From NCBI GenBank assembly GCA_963717115.1, contig CAVQVO010000009.1, positions 38,788-102,787 on the forward strand: a DNA stretch of 64,000 bases, read 5' to 3'. The notes beneath the pieces are model-generated. The model was not told the DNA's origin, ran no database searches, and saw nothing but the letters and a program-made list of their open reading frames with translations. Made by a program: the position numbers and the translations under genes. The DNA comes from an uncultured Acidimicrobiales bacterium. Its GTDB lineage: Bacteria > Actinomycetota > Acidimicrobiia > Acidimicrobiales > SZUA-35. Below, in pieces: positions 1 to 10,487 of this stretch. Every line of letters starts with the position of its first letter. The stretch's first letter is position 1.

Positions 1-523
1 GACCGTGGTCGTCGACACCGCTCGCTATCCCGAACTGTGGCGGCAGGACTCGGCCCGCTTCAACAACGACGCGGCCCTGCATCGCTGGACGCTCGACCTC
101 GACACCGGTGCCGTCGGCGAGCAGGCGCTCGACGACCGCACCATCGAGTTCCCCCGGGTCCACGAAGACCTCGTCGGTCTGGTCAACCGCTACGGCTATG
201 CCGTCGCCAACCTGCCGGGAGCGTCCGAGGAGACGCCGATCAGCCAGCTCGTCAAGTACGACCTCGAGTCGGGTGCGTCGACCGCACACGATTTCGGAAC
301 CACCCGGATCCCCGGCGAGGCCGTCTTCGTCCCCGCCGCCGGGGCGACCGCCGAGGACGAGGGCTGGTTGCTGGCCTTCGTCTACGACAAGCCGACCGAC
401 TCGAGCGAGCTCGTGGTGCTCGACGCCACCGACCTGACCGCCGACCCGGTGGCCAGCGTCGCCATGCCCCGCCGGGTGCCGTTCGGCTTCCACGGTTCGT
501 GGATGCCCGACCCGACGGACTGA
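1..523 (+). CDS. Carotenoid oxygenase family protein, C-terminal part (5' end outside the window)
   Basis: EFPRVHEDLVG, GEAVFVP...EDEGWLLAFVYD and terminal PRRVPFGFHGSW are typical RPE65/carotenoid cleavage oxygenase motifs. Confidence 0.9.
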   Translation, partial: TVVVDTARYPELWRQDSARFNNDAALHRWTLDLDTGAVGEQALDDRTIEFPRVHEDLVGLVNRYGYAVANLPGASEETPISQLVKYDLESGASTAHDFGTTRIPGEAVFVPAAGATAEDEGWLLAFVYDKPTDSSELVVLDATDLTADPVASVAMPRRVPFGFHGSWMPDPTD

Positions 524-546
524 CCACGGCGGATCGCCCGGTCCCC

Positions 547-3500
547 TCAGCCGGCGACGAGGTTCCCGAACCGGTGCAGCGTCCGGCTCACGGCCTGCTC
601 GCGCAGGAAGACGAGCAGCTCGAGTCGACCGTTGAGCGTCGGCGGGGCGTCGGAGACGTCGATCTCCGCGGCGTTGGCCAGACCCCGGAGCTCGGGGTCG
701 ACCCGTCCGAGGACCCGGACCCGATCGACGCCGCGGGCCTGCATCCGAGCGAGACCGGACTCGATCGATTCGTGCCCGGCGAGGGACTCGACCAGTTCGA
801 CCCCGCACCGTTCGGCGGCCGACCGGACCCGGCGCACGTCGACCTCGGGAACGCCGTCGCCGATCATCAGCCCGGTCGCCGGCCGAGGGCGGTAGCGGAA
901 CCGGTTGGCCTCGCAGAACAGACCACTGGGATCGTGCTCGAGCGAGAACTCCTCGGTCCACCACCGTTCGTCGCTGCGCCGGGCCGCCTCGAGCCACTCC
1001 TCGTCGTGCTCGGTGTCGCCGGTCTCGCACCACCGTCCGAGTTGGGCCACGTAGTTCGGTCCTCCGGCCTTGGCGCCCGGCCCGATCGCCGACCGCTTCC
1101 AACCGCCGAAGGGCTGGCGGCGCACGATGGCTCCCGGTGATGTGGCGGTTCACGTAGGCATTGCCGACCTCGACCCGATCGAGCCAGCGTTCGACTTCGC
1201 GGGGTTCGAGCGTGTGGATCCCGCCGGTCAGTCCGTACGGCGTGGCGTTCTGCAGGGCGATCGCCTCGTCGAGCGAACCGGCCTGCATCAGCCCGAGCAC
1301 CGGGCCGAAACACTCGGTCTGATGGAACCAGCTCCCGGCAACGACCCCCAGTCGGATCCCGGGTGACCAGAGTCGGCCCTCGTCGTCGAGTTGGCGCGGC
1401 TCGACCAACCACGACTCGCCGGCGTCGAGGTCGCGGAGCCCGCGGGCCAGCTTGCCCTCGACGGGCAGGATCACCGGCCCCGTCGTGGTGCGGAGGTCCG
1501 ACGGAGGACCGACCCGCAGGCTCTGCACGGCGTCGACGAGCTGGCGGCGGAACCGGGGCGAGTCGTAGACGTCGCCGACCAGGATCCCCAGCGAGGCCGC
1601 CGAGCACTTCTGGCCGCTGTGACCGAACGCCGATCGCACCAGGTCGGCGACGGCCAGGTCGATGTCGGCGTGCGGGTGTGACGATCAAGGCGTTCTTGCC
1701 CGACGTCTCCCCGAAGAGCGCGAGGTCGGGCTTCCAGGAACGGAACAGCTGGGCGGTCTCGAACGAGCCCGTCAGGATGACCCCGTCGACGCCGGTCACG
1801 AGGCGCCGACCGACGTCGTCGTCGGGGGTGCGCAGGAAGGCGAGGACGTCGGTCGGCACGCCGGCGGCCCAGCACGCCTCGGCGACGATCTCGGCGATCC
1901 GAGGGGTCTCGGGAGCGGGTTTGAAGGCCACGGCGTTCCCGGCGGCCAACGCCGCCAGGACGCCACCGGCCGGGATCGCCATCGGGAAGTTCCACGGGGG
2001 GATCACGGCGACCACGCCGAGCGGTTCGAACCGGAGCGCGCCCTCGGCGGTGAGGTCGGGCCCCTCGAGATCGACCGCCCGGTCGCCGTACCAGCGCGGC
2101 GAAGTCGATGCCCTCGGAGATCTCGGGGTCGGCTTCGGCAACGGTCTTGGCGCCCTCGTGCACCATCGCCGTGAGCAGCTCCGCCCGCCGGCTCGCCAGC
2201 TCGTCGGCCACCCGGTAGAGCACCGCCTGGCGTTCGGAGGCCGGTCGGGCCGCCCAGGCCACCTGCCCGTTGCGCAGCCGTTCGATGGCCCGGTCGATCT
2301 CCTCGACCGACTCGATCATCGTCGCCTGGGGGCGGCTCGGTTGGGCCGCGATGGCAGCGGCCACGAACGCCCGATTGGCGGGCAGCGCCGGGTCGGTGTC
2401 GGCTTCGTTGGCGAAGCCCCGTTCGACCGGCCAGGGATCGGGCTCGGTCAGCCGGTTCTGTCGGCGGCGAGGTCCGAGCTCGATCCGCCAACGACGATCG
2501 AGCGCTTCGCGGAAGCCATCGGCGGTCCGGGCGAACTCGGGTGTCCCCGGGGCCAGGGTGCCGAGGACCCGCAGGAAGTTGTCGGGGGCGGCGTTCTCCT
2601 CGAGGCGGCGGAACAGGTAGCTGATCGCCACGTCGAAGTCGGCCGGGGCGACGACGGGGGTGTAGAGCAGGAGCCCATCGGCCTCGTTGCGCACGACTCG
2701 GGCCTGGGCCGGCGCCATGCCCTGCAGCATCTCGAACTCGATGCGGTCGGCGACCCCGCGTTCGACACTCAGCAGGCGGACCCAGGCCACGTCGAAGAGG
2801 TTGTGGCTGGCGATCCCGAGCCGGACCGACCCGAGGTGTTCGGGTCGCAGGGCCCAGTCGAGGCAGCGCTTGTAGTTGGCGTCGGTGTCGAGCTTGGAGG
2901 TGTAGGGCGCCTGCTCCCAGCCGTGGATCGCGGCATCGACCTTCTCCATGGCCAGGTTGGCCCCCTTGACGAGGCGGACCTTGATCTCACCACCGCCCCG
3001 CCGCGCGACGGGCATCGGACCACGCAACGAGATGCTGCAGCGCCCCGAGCGCGTCGGGGAGGTAGGCCTGGAGCACGATGCCGGCGTCGAGACCGACGAA
3101 CTCGGGTTCGTCGAGCAACGACGTGAACACGGCGATCGTGAGTTCGAGATCGTGGTACTCCTCCATGTCGAGGTTGACGAAGGTCGCAGGGCTCGTTGCC
3201 GCCGCTCGGGCGAAGAGGCCACGGAGTCGTTCCACGACCCGGCGCGCGGCCTCGTCGTGATCCCAGGGATCGATCTGCGACACCACCGACGACACCTTGA
3301 CCGAGACATAGTCGACGTCGGGTTGGTCGAGCAGCGCCGAGGTGCGGGCCAGACGTCGATCGGCCTCGGCCTCGCCCAGGACGGCCTCGCCCAAGCAGGT
3401 TGACGTTGAGGTCGTAGCCCTCGGCGCGACGTTCGGCCAGGTGCCGCGCCATGCGTCGCGGTCGGGCATCGGCGACGAGGTGCCCCACGATCATGCGCAT

Positions 3501-3893
3501 CCGGCGTCGGGCGAGCGGAATGACCACCCGCGGCAGTCGGGGGGCCAGGATCCCCCCGGCCCGCAGCAGGATCCGATCGATCGGCCCGAGGAAACCCGGC
3601 AGGGTCCCCGAGGCGACGAGCGACGTCAGCTGGTCGGCGGCGGCGCCCGCGTCGTCGGGCCGGGCCACCCGATCGACGAACGCCATGGTGAAGGCCACCC
3701 CGTCGGGATCCTCGATCAACGCCTCGAGCCGACCCGAACTCGCACGATCGTCGGCGGTCTCGGTCCGCTTCGCCTCGGCCAGCCAGCGCTCGACCAGCGC
3801 CACCGACGCATCGGCGAGGCGGTCGGCATCGTTGGGGTCGGCGATCCCGCTCGGCAGATGCGCGGGAAAGGGGTCGGAGAGCAGATCGGACAT
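547..3893 (-). CDS. putA: Bifunctional proline dehydrogenase / P5C dehydrogenase PutA, interrupted by 5 single-base frameshifts (probably sequence errors)
   Basis: Successive frames give NVNLLGEAVLG, FVNLDMEEY, VLQAYL, VRLVKGAN, ASHNLFD, FEMLQGM, YLFRRLEEN, PWNFP, ETSGKN, GQKCSAAS and RQPFGGWKRS. Shifts lie near 3393, 2997, 2098, 1675 and 1134. Confidence 0.9.
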
Positions 3894-3945
3894 GGGACCA
3901 TCGTGGACGATCCGGCATCGGGTGTCTTGTACGATCGCGTCGGTC

Positions 3946-4680
3946 ATGACCGACCGATCCGACAACCCGCCGAGCTCGGCCCTCGAGATCGCCCTGCTGA
4001 CGCTGTTCGACGAACTGGTCAACGTCATGTTCTGTGTGAAGGCCCCCGACGGCACCTACCTCGCCGTGAATCCGGCGTTCGTCCGCCGCTCGGGGCGGAC
4101 CTCGCGCCGGGAGGTCGTCGGTCGGCGCGCATCCGACCTGTTCCCGGCGCCGCTGGCCGAGCGCTACGCCGAGCAGGACGCCGGGGTGTTCGCCTCGGGG
4201 GCACCCCTGCGAGACGAGCTGGAGCTGATCCGGCGTCCCGACGACACGTTCGGCTGGTACCTGACCTCGAAGCTGCCGGTGATCGACGATGGAACGGTCG
4301 TGGCGCTGGTCAGCATGAGCCGCGATCTCGAGACGCCCAGCGATGCGGCGATGGAACCACTCGGTCGGGTCGTCACCCTGGTCCGCGAACGGCTCGCCGA
4401 CTCGCTCAAGGTGGCCGATCTCGCTGCGGCCGCCGGGTGCTCCGAGCCCCAGCTCGAACGACGCATGAAACGGGTCTTCGGATTGACGGCCAACCAGTAC
4501 GTGCTGCGGGTCCGCGTCGACCGGGCCCGGGAGTCGTTGATCTCGACCACGACACCCCTGTCGACCATCGCCGCCGAGGTCGGGTTCTACGACCAGGCCA
4601 GCTTCACCCGTCAGTTCGCCCGGTTGGCGGGCCAGACCCCGGCCCAGTTCCGAACTCAGTGGTCGAGCGTCAGGACCTGA
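3946..4680 (+). CDS. AraC-family transcriptional regulator with an N-terminal PAS domain, divergent from putA
   Basis: FCVKAPDGTYLAVNPAF (PAS-like) and IAAEVGFYDQASFTRQF (AraC HTH). Confidence 0.9.
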   Translation: MTDRSDNPPSSALEIALLTLFDELVNVMFCVKAPDGTYLAVNPAFVRRSGRTSRREVVGRRASDLFPAPLAERYAEQDAGVFASGAPLRDELELIRRPDDTFGWYLTSKLPVIDDGTVVALVSMSRDLETPSDAAMEPLGRVVTLVRERLADSLKVADLAAAAGCSEPQLERRMKRVFGLTANQYVLRVRVDRARESLISTTTPLSTIAAEVGFYDQASFTRQFARLAGQTPAQFRTQWSSVRT

Positions 4681-5635
4681 GATCGATCGACGCGCAGGCG
4701 GAGCGCCTGACCGACCGCCGGACGGGTCGGGGTCTCGAACACCACGGTTCGCGGCGCGGACGCCGGTTGGCTCCGGTTCGACCGCCTCGGACTCGATCAG
4801 GAACCGGCCGTCGGCGAAGGCGGCGCCCACCACCCGCACCTCGAGTTCGCCCCTCCGGATCGACGTGCAGGGCGGGCACGGGGACCAGGACCGTGCCACC
4901 GTCGGCAGGCCAGAGGTTGGGGTGGCCGAGGAACTCGGCGACGAACCGACTGACCGGCCGGTACCAGAGGTCCTCGGGCGACCCGCTCTGCACGATGCGG
5001 CCGGCCCGGAGCACCACCACCCGATCGGCGACGGCGAAGGCCTCGGTCTGGTCGTGGGTGACGTGCAGCGCGCTCACGCCGACGCCGCCGAGCAGCGCCC
5101 GCAGCTCGGACGTGAGCTGTCGGCGGAGCACCCGATCGAGCGATCCCAGCGGCTCGTCGAGCATCAGGAGCGCAGGATTCGGGGCCAGTGAGCGGGCCAG
5201 CGCCACGCGTTGGGCCTCACCGCCCGACAGGGTGGCGACCGACCGGTCACCGAACCCCGAGAGCCCGACGAGGCGCAGCAGCTCCTCGATCCGGGTGCGT
5301 TGCTCGACCGCCGGGACCGCCGCCATCCGCAGGCCGAAGCCGACGTTGCCGGCGACGGTCTCGTGGGTGAACAGGGCGTGGTCCTGGAACATCAGACCCA
5401 GGCCCCGCTCGTGGGTCGGCACGCCGGCCAGATCGCGTCCGCCGGCCAGGATCCGTCCCCGGGTGAGGGTCTGGAGCCCGGCGATCGCTCGGAGGAGGGT
5501 GCTCTTCCCGCTCCCGCTCGGTCCGACGACGGCGACGACCTCGCCCGCTTCGACCGTCAGGTCGATCCCGTCGAGCGCGGCCGTCGATCCGAACTCGACG
5601 GTCAGGTCCTCGATCCGGAGCGCGGGTTCGCTCAC
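4656..5635 (-). CDS. thiQ: Thiamine ABC transporter ATP-binding protein (two frameshifts in the C-terminal region)
   Basis: GPSGSGKST, LSGGEAQRVALAR, LMLDEP. GTG start overlaps the permease stop. Removing one base near 4852 and one near 4770 gives a TOBE-like end (VVFETPTRPAVGQALRLRVDRSQVLTLDH*) at 4656. Confidence 0.8.
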
Positions 5636-7254
5636 AGGAGCCCGGAATCCTCGGCTCGGGTGCGCTCCAGCAGCGTTGCGATCAGACCGACCACGACGCC
5701 GATGATGACACTGATCGCCATCGCCTGCCCCCGGAGTTCGGGCCCCGGTTGCGACAGCAGTCGGAAGATCGCGAGCGGTGCGGTGAAGGAGTCGGCTCCC
5801 CTCGAGATGAACGACGTCGCACCGAACTCGCCGAGCGAGACCGCCAACGAGAACCCGATCCCGGTGGCCACCGCCGATCGGACGAGGGGCCATTCGATGG
5901 CGGTCACCACCCGAAGCGGACGGGCTCCGAGTGCCGCACCCGCTTCGCGCACGTGCGGATCGATGGCCCGCAGGGCCGGGACCACGGCCGCCATCACGAA
6001 CGGCAGCGCGACGACGGCGTGGGCCAGCGGGAGCAGGAACGGCGAACGCCGGAGGTCGAACACGGCGAAGGCCAGCAGGTAGCCGAAGCCCAGCGTCGCA
6101 GCCGACACACCGAGCGGAATCAGCACCACGGCCTCGAGCCAGCGTCCGGTCCGTCGGCCCGCGGCGATGACCCGGGCCGCCGGCACGCCGACCACGGTCG
6201 CCACCAGCGCCGCACCGACGGCGAGGCGCAACGAGTGCCACAACGACCGGGCCGGGGAGACCGGGAGCAGGGTCAACGGTTCGGTGAGGGAGCGATAGTG
6301 ATCCAACCCATACCCCCCGGCGACCCGCAGGGACTGCTCGGCCAGCGCGACCATCGGGGCCCCGACGAAGAGTGACGCCGCAACGAGGACCACCCCGGCG
6401 TGCACCCGACGGCGGGCCGAGTCGAGCGGGAGACCGGCGTTGGTCCGTCGGCGTCGATGCCCGACACTGAGCCGCCGCTGGAATCGAGCCGATGCCACCG
6501 ACAACCCAACGACCACCACCAGCTGGACGAACGCCAGGACCGCGGCGACGTCGAACTCCTGCCGGAAGATCGCGTAGCGACGGATCTCGGTCTCGAGCGT
6601 GGCCACGGTCGGACCTCCGAGAATCAGGATCACCCCGTAACTGGTGAAACAGAAGAGGAACACCACGAGCGAGGCCCCGGCCAGCACCGGTGCCAGTCGG
6701 GGCAGCGTGATCGAGCGGAAGACCCGCAGCGGCGGCGCGCCGAGCACGGCGGCGGCCTCCTCGGCCGAGCGGTCGAGGGTCGACCAGAAGCCGCCGACCA
6801 CGCGGACGATCACCGCCAGGTTGAAGAACACGTGCGCCGTCACGATGGCCGTGAGCGTGCGGTCGGCCCAGGGCGCCACCCGGTCGAGCAGGGCCGAGAT
6901 CGCAGCGGCCACCACGACGGTCGGGAGGACGAAGGGCACCACGGTGAGGACCCGCAGGGCGTTGCGGCCACGGAATCGGTACCGGGCGAGCACGTGCGCG
7001 ATCGGCAGGCCGACCACCACGGTGGCCACGGTCGACACCAGGGCCTGCCACACGGTGAACCGGATCACCCGCCAGGTCGATGCCCGGCCGACGATCTCGG
7101 CCAGTCGGCCGGGACCCACCCCGGCCAGGCTCCGCTCGCCGATGGCGATCAACGGCCAGACCACCAGCAGCGCCAGGAACGTCACGGCCAGACCCGCGGC
7201 GACGACGTCGAACCAGGGGGGTCGCTCGACCCCGGAGGTGGCCCGGTCGTTCAC
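5632..7254 (-). CDS. thiP: Thiamine ABC transporter permease
   Basis: Two EAA loops (EEAAAVLGA, EAGAALGA), many TM helices, SLGEFGAT; located in a TPP-riboswitch operon. Confidence 0.88.
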   Translation of the reverse strand: MNDRATSGVERPPWFDVVAAGLAVTFLALLVVWPLIAIGERSLAGVGPGRLAEIVGRASTWRVIRFTVWQALVSTVATVVVGLPIAHVLARYRFRGRNALRVLTVVPFVLPTVVVAAAISALLDRVAPWADRTLTAIVTAHVFFNLAVIVRVVGGFWSTLDRSAEEAAAVLGAPPLRVFRSITLPRLAPVLAGASLVVFLFCFTSYGVILILGGPTVATLETEIRRYAIFRQEFDVAAVLAFVQLVVVVGLSVASARFQRRLSVGHRRRRTNAGLPLDSARRRVHAGVVLVAASLFVGAPMVALAEQSLRVAGGYGLDHYRSLTEPLTLLPVSPARSLWHSLRLAVGAALVATVVGVPAARVIAAGRRTGRWLEAVVLIPLGVSAATLGFGYLLAFAVFDLRRSPFLLPLAHAVVALPFVMAAVVPALRAIDPHVREAGAALGARPLRVVTAIEWPLVRSAVATGIGFSLAVSLGEFGATSFISRGADSFTAPLAIFRLLSQPGPELRGQAMAISVIIGVVVGLIATLLERTRAEDSGLL

Positions 7255-7276
7255 CGCCGCCTGCCGGCCGGGTCGC

Positions 7277-8407
7277 TCACCGGGTGACGATCTCGGACCA
7301 ACGTTGCGTCCAGTCGGCCCGGTTGGCCTCGATCTCGGCCGGGTCGAGGGTGAGGGGAGCGTCGATCTCGACGGCGTTGTCGACGAAGACCTCCGGGAGT
7401 ACGACGTCGTCTCGCACCGGGCGCACGAACATGTTGAGCGCCACGTCGGCCTGGAACTCCGGACCGAGGAGGAAGTCGATCAGCCGGGCCGCCGCCTCGG
7501 GATGCTCGCTCCCGGCGAGCACGCCGGCGAACTCGATCTGGCGGAAACACGAATCGGTGAGGACCCCGGTGGGGGCCACGTCGATCGGCTCGGCGCTGAA
7601 GAGCACCTCGGCCACCGGGCTCGTCGCGTAGGAGGTCACGATCGACTTGTCGCCACCACCGGCGATGAACTCGCCGCTGTAGGCCTCGGTCCAACCCGAG
7701 GTGATGGTGGCGCCGCCGTCGACCAGCCGGCGCCAGTAGTCCTCCCAGCCGTCCTCGCCGTAGCGGGCGATCGTGGCGAGGAGGAAGGCGAAGCCCGGTG
7801 ACGACGACTCGGGATTCTGCGTGACGAAGTCGGCAGCGTTCGCCGGTTCGGCCAGGTCGTCGAGCGAGGTCGGGACCTCCCCCGGGAGCTCGTCGGTCCA
7901 GTAGTTCACGCAGACATCGCCGACGTCGATCGGCACGACCCGGTGGGCCGGATCGAGCTCGAACTCGTCGGGGACCCGATCGAGGCCCGGCGAGGAGTAC
8001 GCCGTGAACAGGTCGGCATCCAGGCCCCGCTGGAGGAAGGTCGAGTCGATCCCGAACAGCACGTCGCCCTCGGGATCACCGGCGGTGAGCACCGCCCGGG
8101 CGACGACCTCGCCCGCGTCACCGGCCGAGAGCACCTCGACGGTGATCCCGGACTGGGCGGTGAACTCGTCGAACAGGCCCTCGCTGACGAGGAACGAATC
8201 GTGGGTGATCAGCCGGACGGTGGTGCCGTCGACGTCGGCTCGTGCGACCTCGGCCGGGTCGAGTACGTCGTAGTCGGCGGCGCCGCCGTCGGTGCTGCCG
8301 CCGGCGTCGATCGGGTCATCGGATCCGCAGGCGGCGAGACCGCCGGCGACGGCCAGGGCCACGGCGGCGCAACGGACGAAACCGGAACGCTGGAACGGGA
8401 CGGACAT
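7277..8407 (-). CDS. thiB: Thiamine ABC transporter substrate-binding lipoprotein
   Basis: Lipobox LAAC, ITHDSF, SSSPGFAFL, SYATSP, CFRQIEFAGVL. Confidence 0.9.
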   Translation of the reverse strand: MSVPFQRSGFVRCAAVALAVAGGLAACGSDDPIDAGGSTDGGAADYDVLDPAEVARADVDGTTVRLITHDSFLVSEGLFDEFTAQSGITVEVLSAGDAGEVVARAVLTAGDPEGDVLFGIDSTFLQRGLDADLFTAYSSPGLDRVPDEFELDPAHRVVPIDVGDVCVNYWTDELPGEVPTSLDDLAEPANAADFVTQNPESSSPGFAFLLATIARYGEDGWEDYWRRLVDGGATITSGWTEAYSGEFIAGGGDKSIVTSYATSPVAEVLFSAEPIDVAPTGVLTDSCFRQIEFAGVLAGSEHPEAAARLIDFLLGPEFQADVALNMFVRPVRDDVVLPEVFVDNAVEIDAPLTLDPAEIEANRADWTQRWSEIVTR

Positions 8408-8412
8408 GTGAG

Positions 8413-8515
8413 GCTCCCTTCGCTGGAATTATCCAGAGCAGGTTCACGGGTCGACAGCGCCGGCGTGATGCCTCGACTGCCCTCTCAGCCCGACTGACTC
8501 GAGCTCCCCGGTGTT
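8413..8515 (-). ncRNA. TPP riboswitch
   Basis: Minus strand reads GGGGAGC...GGGCTGAGAGG...GACCCGTGAACCTG...CTGGATAATTCCAGCGAAGGGAG, ending just before the thiB ATG. Confidence 0.93.
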
Positions 8516-8542
8516 TGGATGTGGCCCCCTAGGCTAGCGCCC

Positions 8543-9010
8543 ATGACGCCCGCTGTGGTCGTGCTCCGGCAACGGAAGGTGCCGCACCGGATCGTGTCCT
8601 ACGACCACGATCCGGCCCGTTCGTCCTACGGCACCGAGGCGGCCGAGGCGCTGGGCCTCGACCCGGCCGTGGTCTTCAAGACCCTGATGGCCGACGTCGA
8701 CGGCACCCTGGTGGTGGCGGTCGTGCCGGTGACGGGTTCGCTCGATCTCAAGGCGCTGGCCCGGGCGGCGGGCGGCAAGAAGGCCTCGATGGCCGACCCC
8801 GCCGCCGCCGAGCGATCGTCGGGATTCGTGCTCGGGGGCATCAGCCCCCTGGGTCAGCGCAAACGCCTCGCCACCTTCGTCGACGACTCGGCCATGACCC
8901 TCGGCGAGATCTACGTGAGCGCCGGCCGGCGAGGCGTCGAGATCGCACTGGCCCCGGACGACCTGGTCGACGCACTCGGGGCCACGGTCGCCCCGCTCGC
9001 CGCCTCCTGA
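8543..9010 (+). CDS. ybaK: Cys-tRNA(Pro) deacylase YbaK
   Basis: MTPA start, VFKTL, LDLKALA, GGISPLGQ, SAGRRG. Confidence 0.92.
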   Translation: MTPAVVVLRQRKVPHRIVSYDHDPARSSYGTEAAEALGLDPAVVFKTLMADVDGTLVVAVVPVTGSLDLKALARAAGGKKASMADPAAAERSSGFVLGGISPLGQRKRLATFVDDSAMTLGEIYVSAGRRGVEIALAPDDLVDALGATVAPLAAS

Positions 9011-9022
9011 GGACCGACGGCG

Positions 9023-10378
9023 TCAGGCCGGACGGACGACGGGGCCGTCGGCGGAGTCCTCGATGATCCAGCCCTGGGCGGCGAGCTGGTCGCGGATCTC
9101 GTCGGACCGGGCGAAGTCCTTGGCCGCTCGGGCCGCCTGGCGTTCCTCGGCCAGGGCCAGCACCTCGGCCGGGGCCTCGGCGGCGCCGCGGGCGATCTCG
9201 AGCCCGAGCGTTTCGGCGATGAGCCGCACGGCCGCCGCGGCGGCAGCGGCGGCGGTCCGATCGCCGGCGTCGAGGGCGCTGTTGGCCTCCCGAACCAGTC
9301 GGAACAGTTGATCGACGGCTCCGGGCGTGTCGAGGTCTTCGTCCATCACGGTGGTGAACCGGTCGATGACCGCCGGCTCGGGCTCGGCTTCGAGGTCGGC
9401 GGTTCGCCGACCGAACGCGTCGAGACGCTCGAGAGCCGCCCCGGCATTCGTCATCGTGGTGTCGGTGATCTCGATCGGTGACCGGTAGTGCGACTGCAGG
9501 ACCAGGAGCCGGTAGGCCCGCGGGTCGTAGCGATCGGTGAGATCGAGGAGGTTGTCGACGTTGCCCAACGACTTCGACATCTTCTCGCCGCCGAGTTCGA
9601 CGAACCCGTTGTGCATCCAATGGTTGGCGAACCGTCGCCCCAGGGCCACCGCCTGGGCCCGCTCGTTCTCGTGGTGCGGGAACGCCAGGTCGAGACCGCC
9701 GGTGTGCAGGTCGAAGCCCTCACCCAGCAGGTCGAGGCTCATCACCACGCACTCGGTGTGCCAGCCGGGTCGGCCGTCGCCCCACGGCGACGGCCACGAC
9801 GGCTCGGTGGGCTTCGCGAACTTCCACAGGGCGAAGTCGGCGGGATGACGCTTCTCGGTGCCGACGACGGCACGTTCGCCGGCCCCCTCGACGAGGTCGT
9901 CGATGCTCTGATGCGCCAGGAGCCCGTAGTCGGCGACCCGGTCGACCGACAGGTACACGCCGTCGGAGGTGACATAGGCGGCGTCACGGGCGATGAGGTC
10001 GCCGATCAGATCGACCATCTGGTCGACGTAGTCGGTGGCGTGCGGGGTGTGATCGGGGCGCTCGACGTTGATCCGGTCCATCCCTTTCCACCAGATCGCC
10101 TCGCACTTGGTGGTGATGTCCTGCCAGGGCCTGCCCTCTTCGTCGGCCCGCTTGATGATGTTGTCGTCGATGTCGGTGATGTTCGAGACGAACGTGACGT
10201 CGAGACCGCGGAATCGCAGATAGCGGCGCAGGATGTCGTAGGCCAGGGCCATCCGGCCGTGGCCCAGATGGGGCGGGGCGTAGACCGTCGGTCCGCAGAC
10301 GTAGATCGAAACCTTGCCGGGATCGCGCAGTTCGAGCGGGATCACCTCGCGCCGGGCCGAGTCGAAGAGCCTGATCAT
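9023..10378 (-). CDS. cysS: Cysteine--tRNA ligase
   Basis: YVCGPTVY, HLGH, DFALWK, GRPGWHTEC, FPHHENE, KMSKSLGN. Confidence 0.97.
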   Translation of the reverse strand: MIRLFDSARREVIPLELRDPGKVSIYVCGPTVYAPPHLGHGRMALAYDILRRYLRFRGLDVTFVSNITDIDDNIIKRADEEGRPWQDITTKCEAIWWKGMDRINVERPDHTPHATDYVDQMVDLIGDLIARDAAYVTSDGVYLSVDRVADYGLLAHQSIDDLVEGAGERAVVGTEKRHPADFALWKFAKPTEPSWPSPWGDGRPGWHTECVVMSLDLLGEGFDLHTGGLDLAFPHHENERAQAVALGRRFANHWMHNGFVELGGEKMSKSLGNVDNLLDLTDRYDPRAYRLLVLQSHYRSPIEITDTTMTNAGAALERLDAFGRRTADLEAEPEPAVIDRFTTVMDEDLDTPGAVDQLFRLVREANSALDAGDRTAAAAAAAAVRLIAETLGLEIARGAAEAPAEVLALAEERQAARAAKDFARSDEIRDQLAAQGWIIEDSADGPVVRPA

Positions 10379-10487
10379 CGGGCCCACGGTACTGGGGCGA
10401 CGAGGTTCCTCCAGGCGAATTCCCTCCGGCGGACCCCGCCCGAAACGCCGGGCTCGGGCTCCGAGGGCGCCGGTAGCCTTGGGCCGG

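Noticed and set aside
547-3893. putA as a true pseudogene or programmed-frameshift gene
   Set aside because: All breaks are same-polarity single-base run extensions with intact catalytic motifs, so sequencing error is more parsimonious; reads are needed for certainty.
10379-10487. T-box leaders for cysS or valS
   Set aside because: The divergent gap is only 109 bp and both genes appear leaderless.
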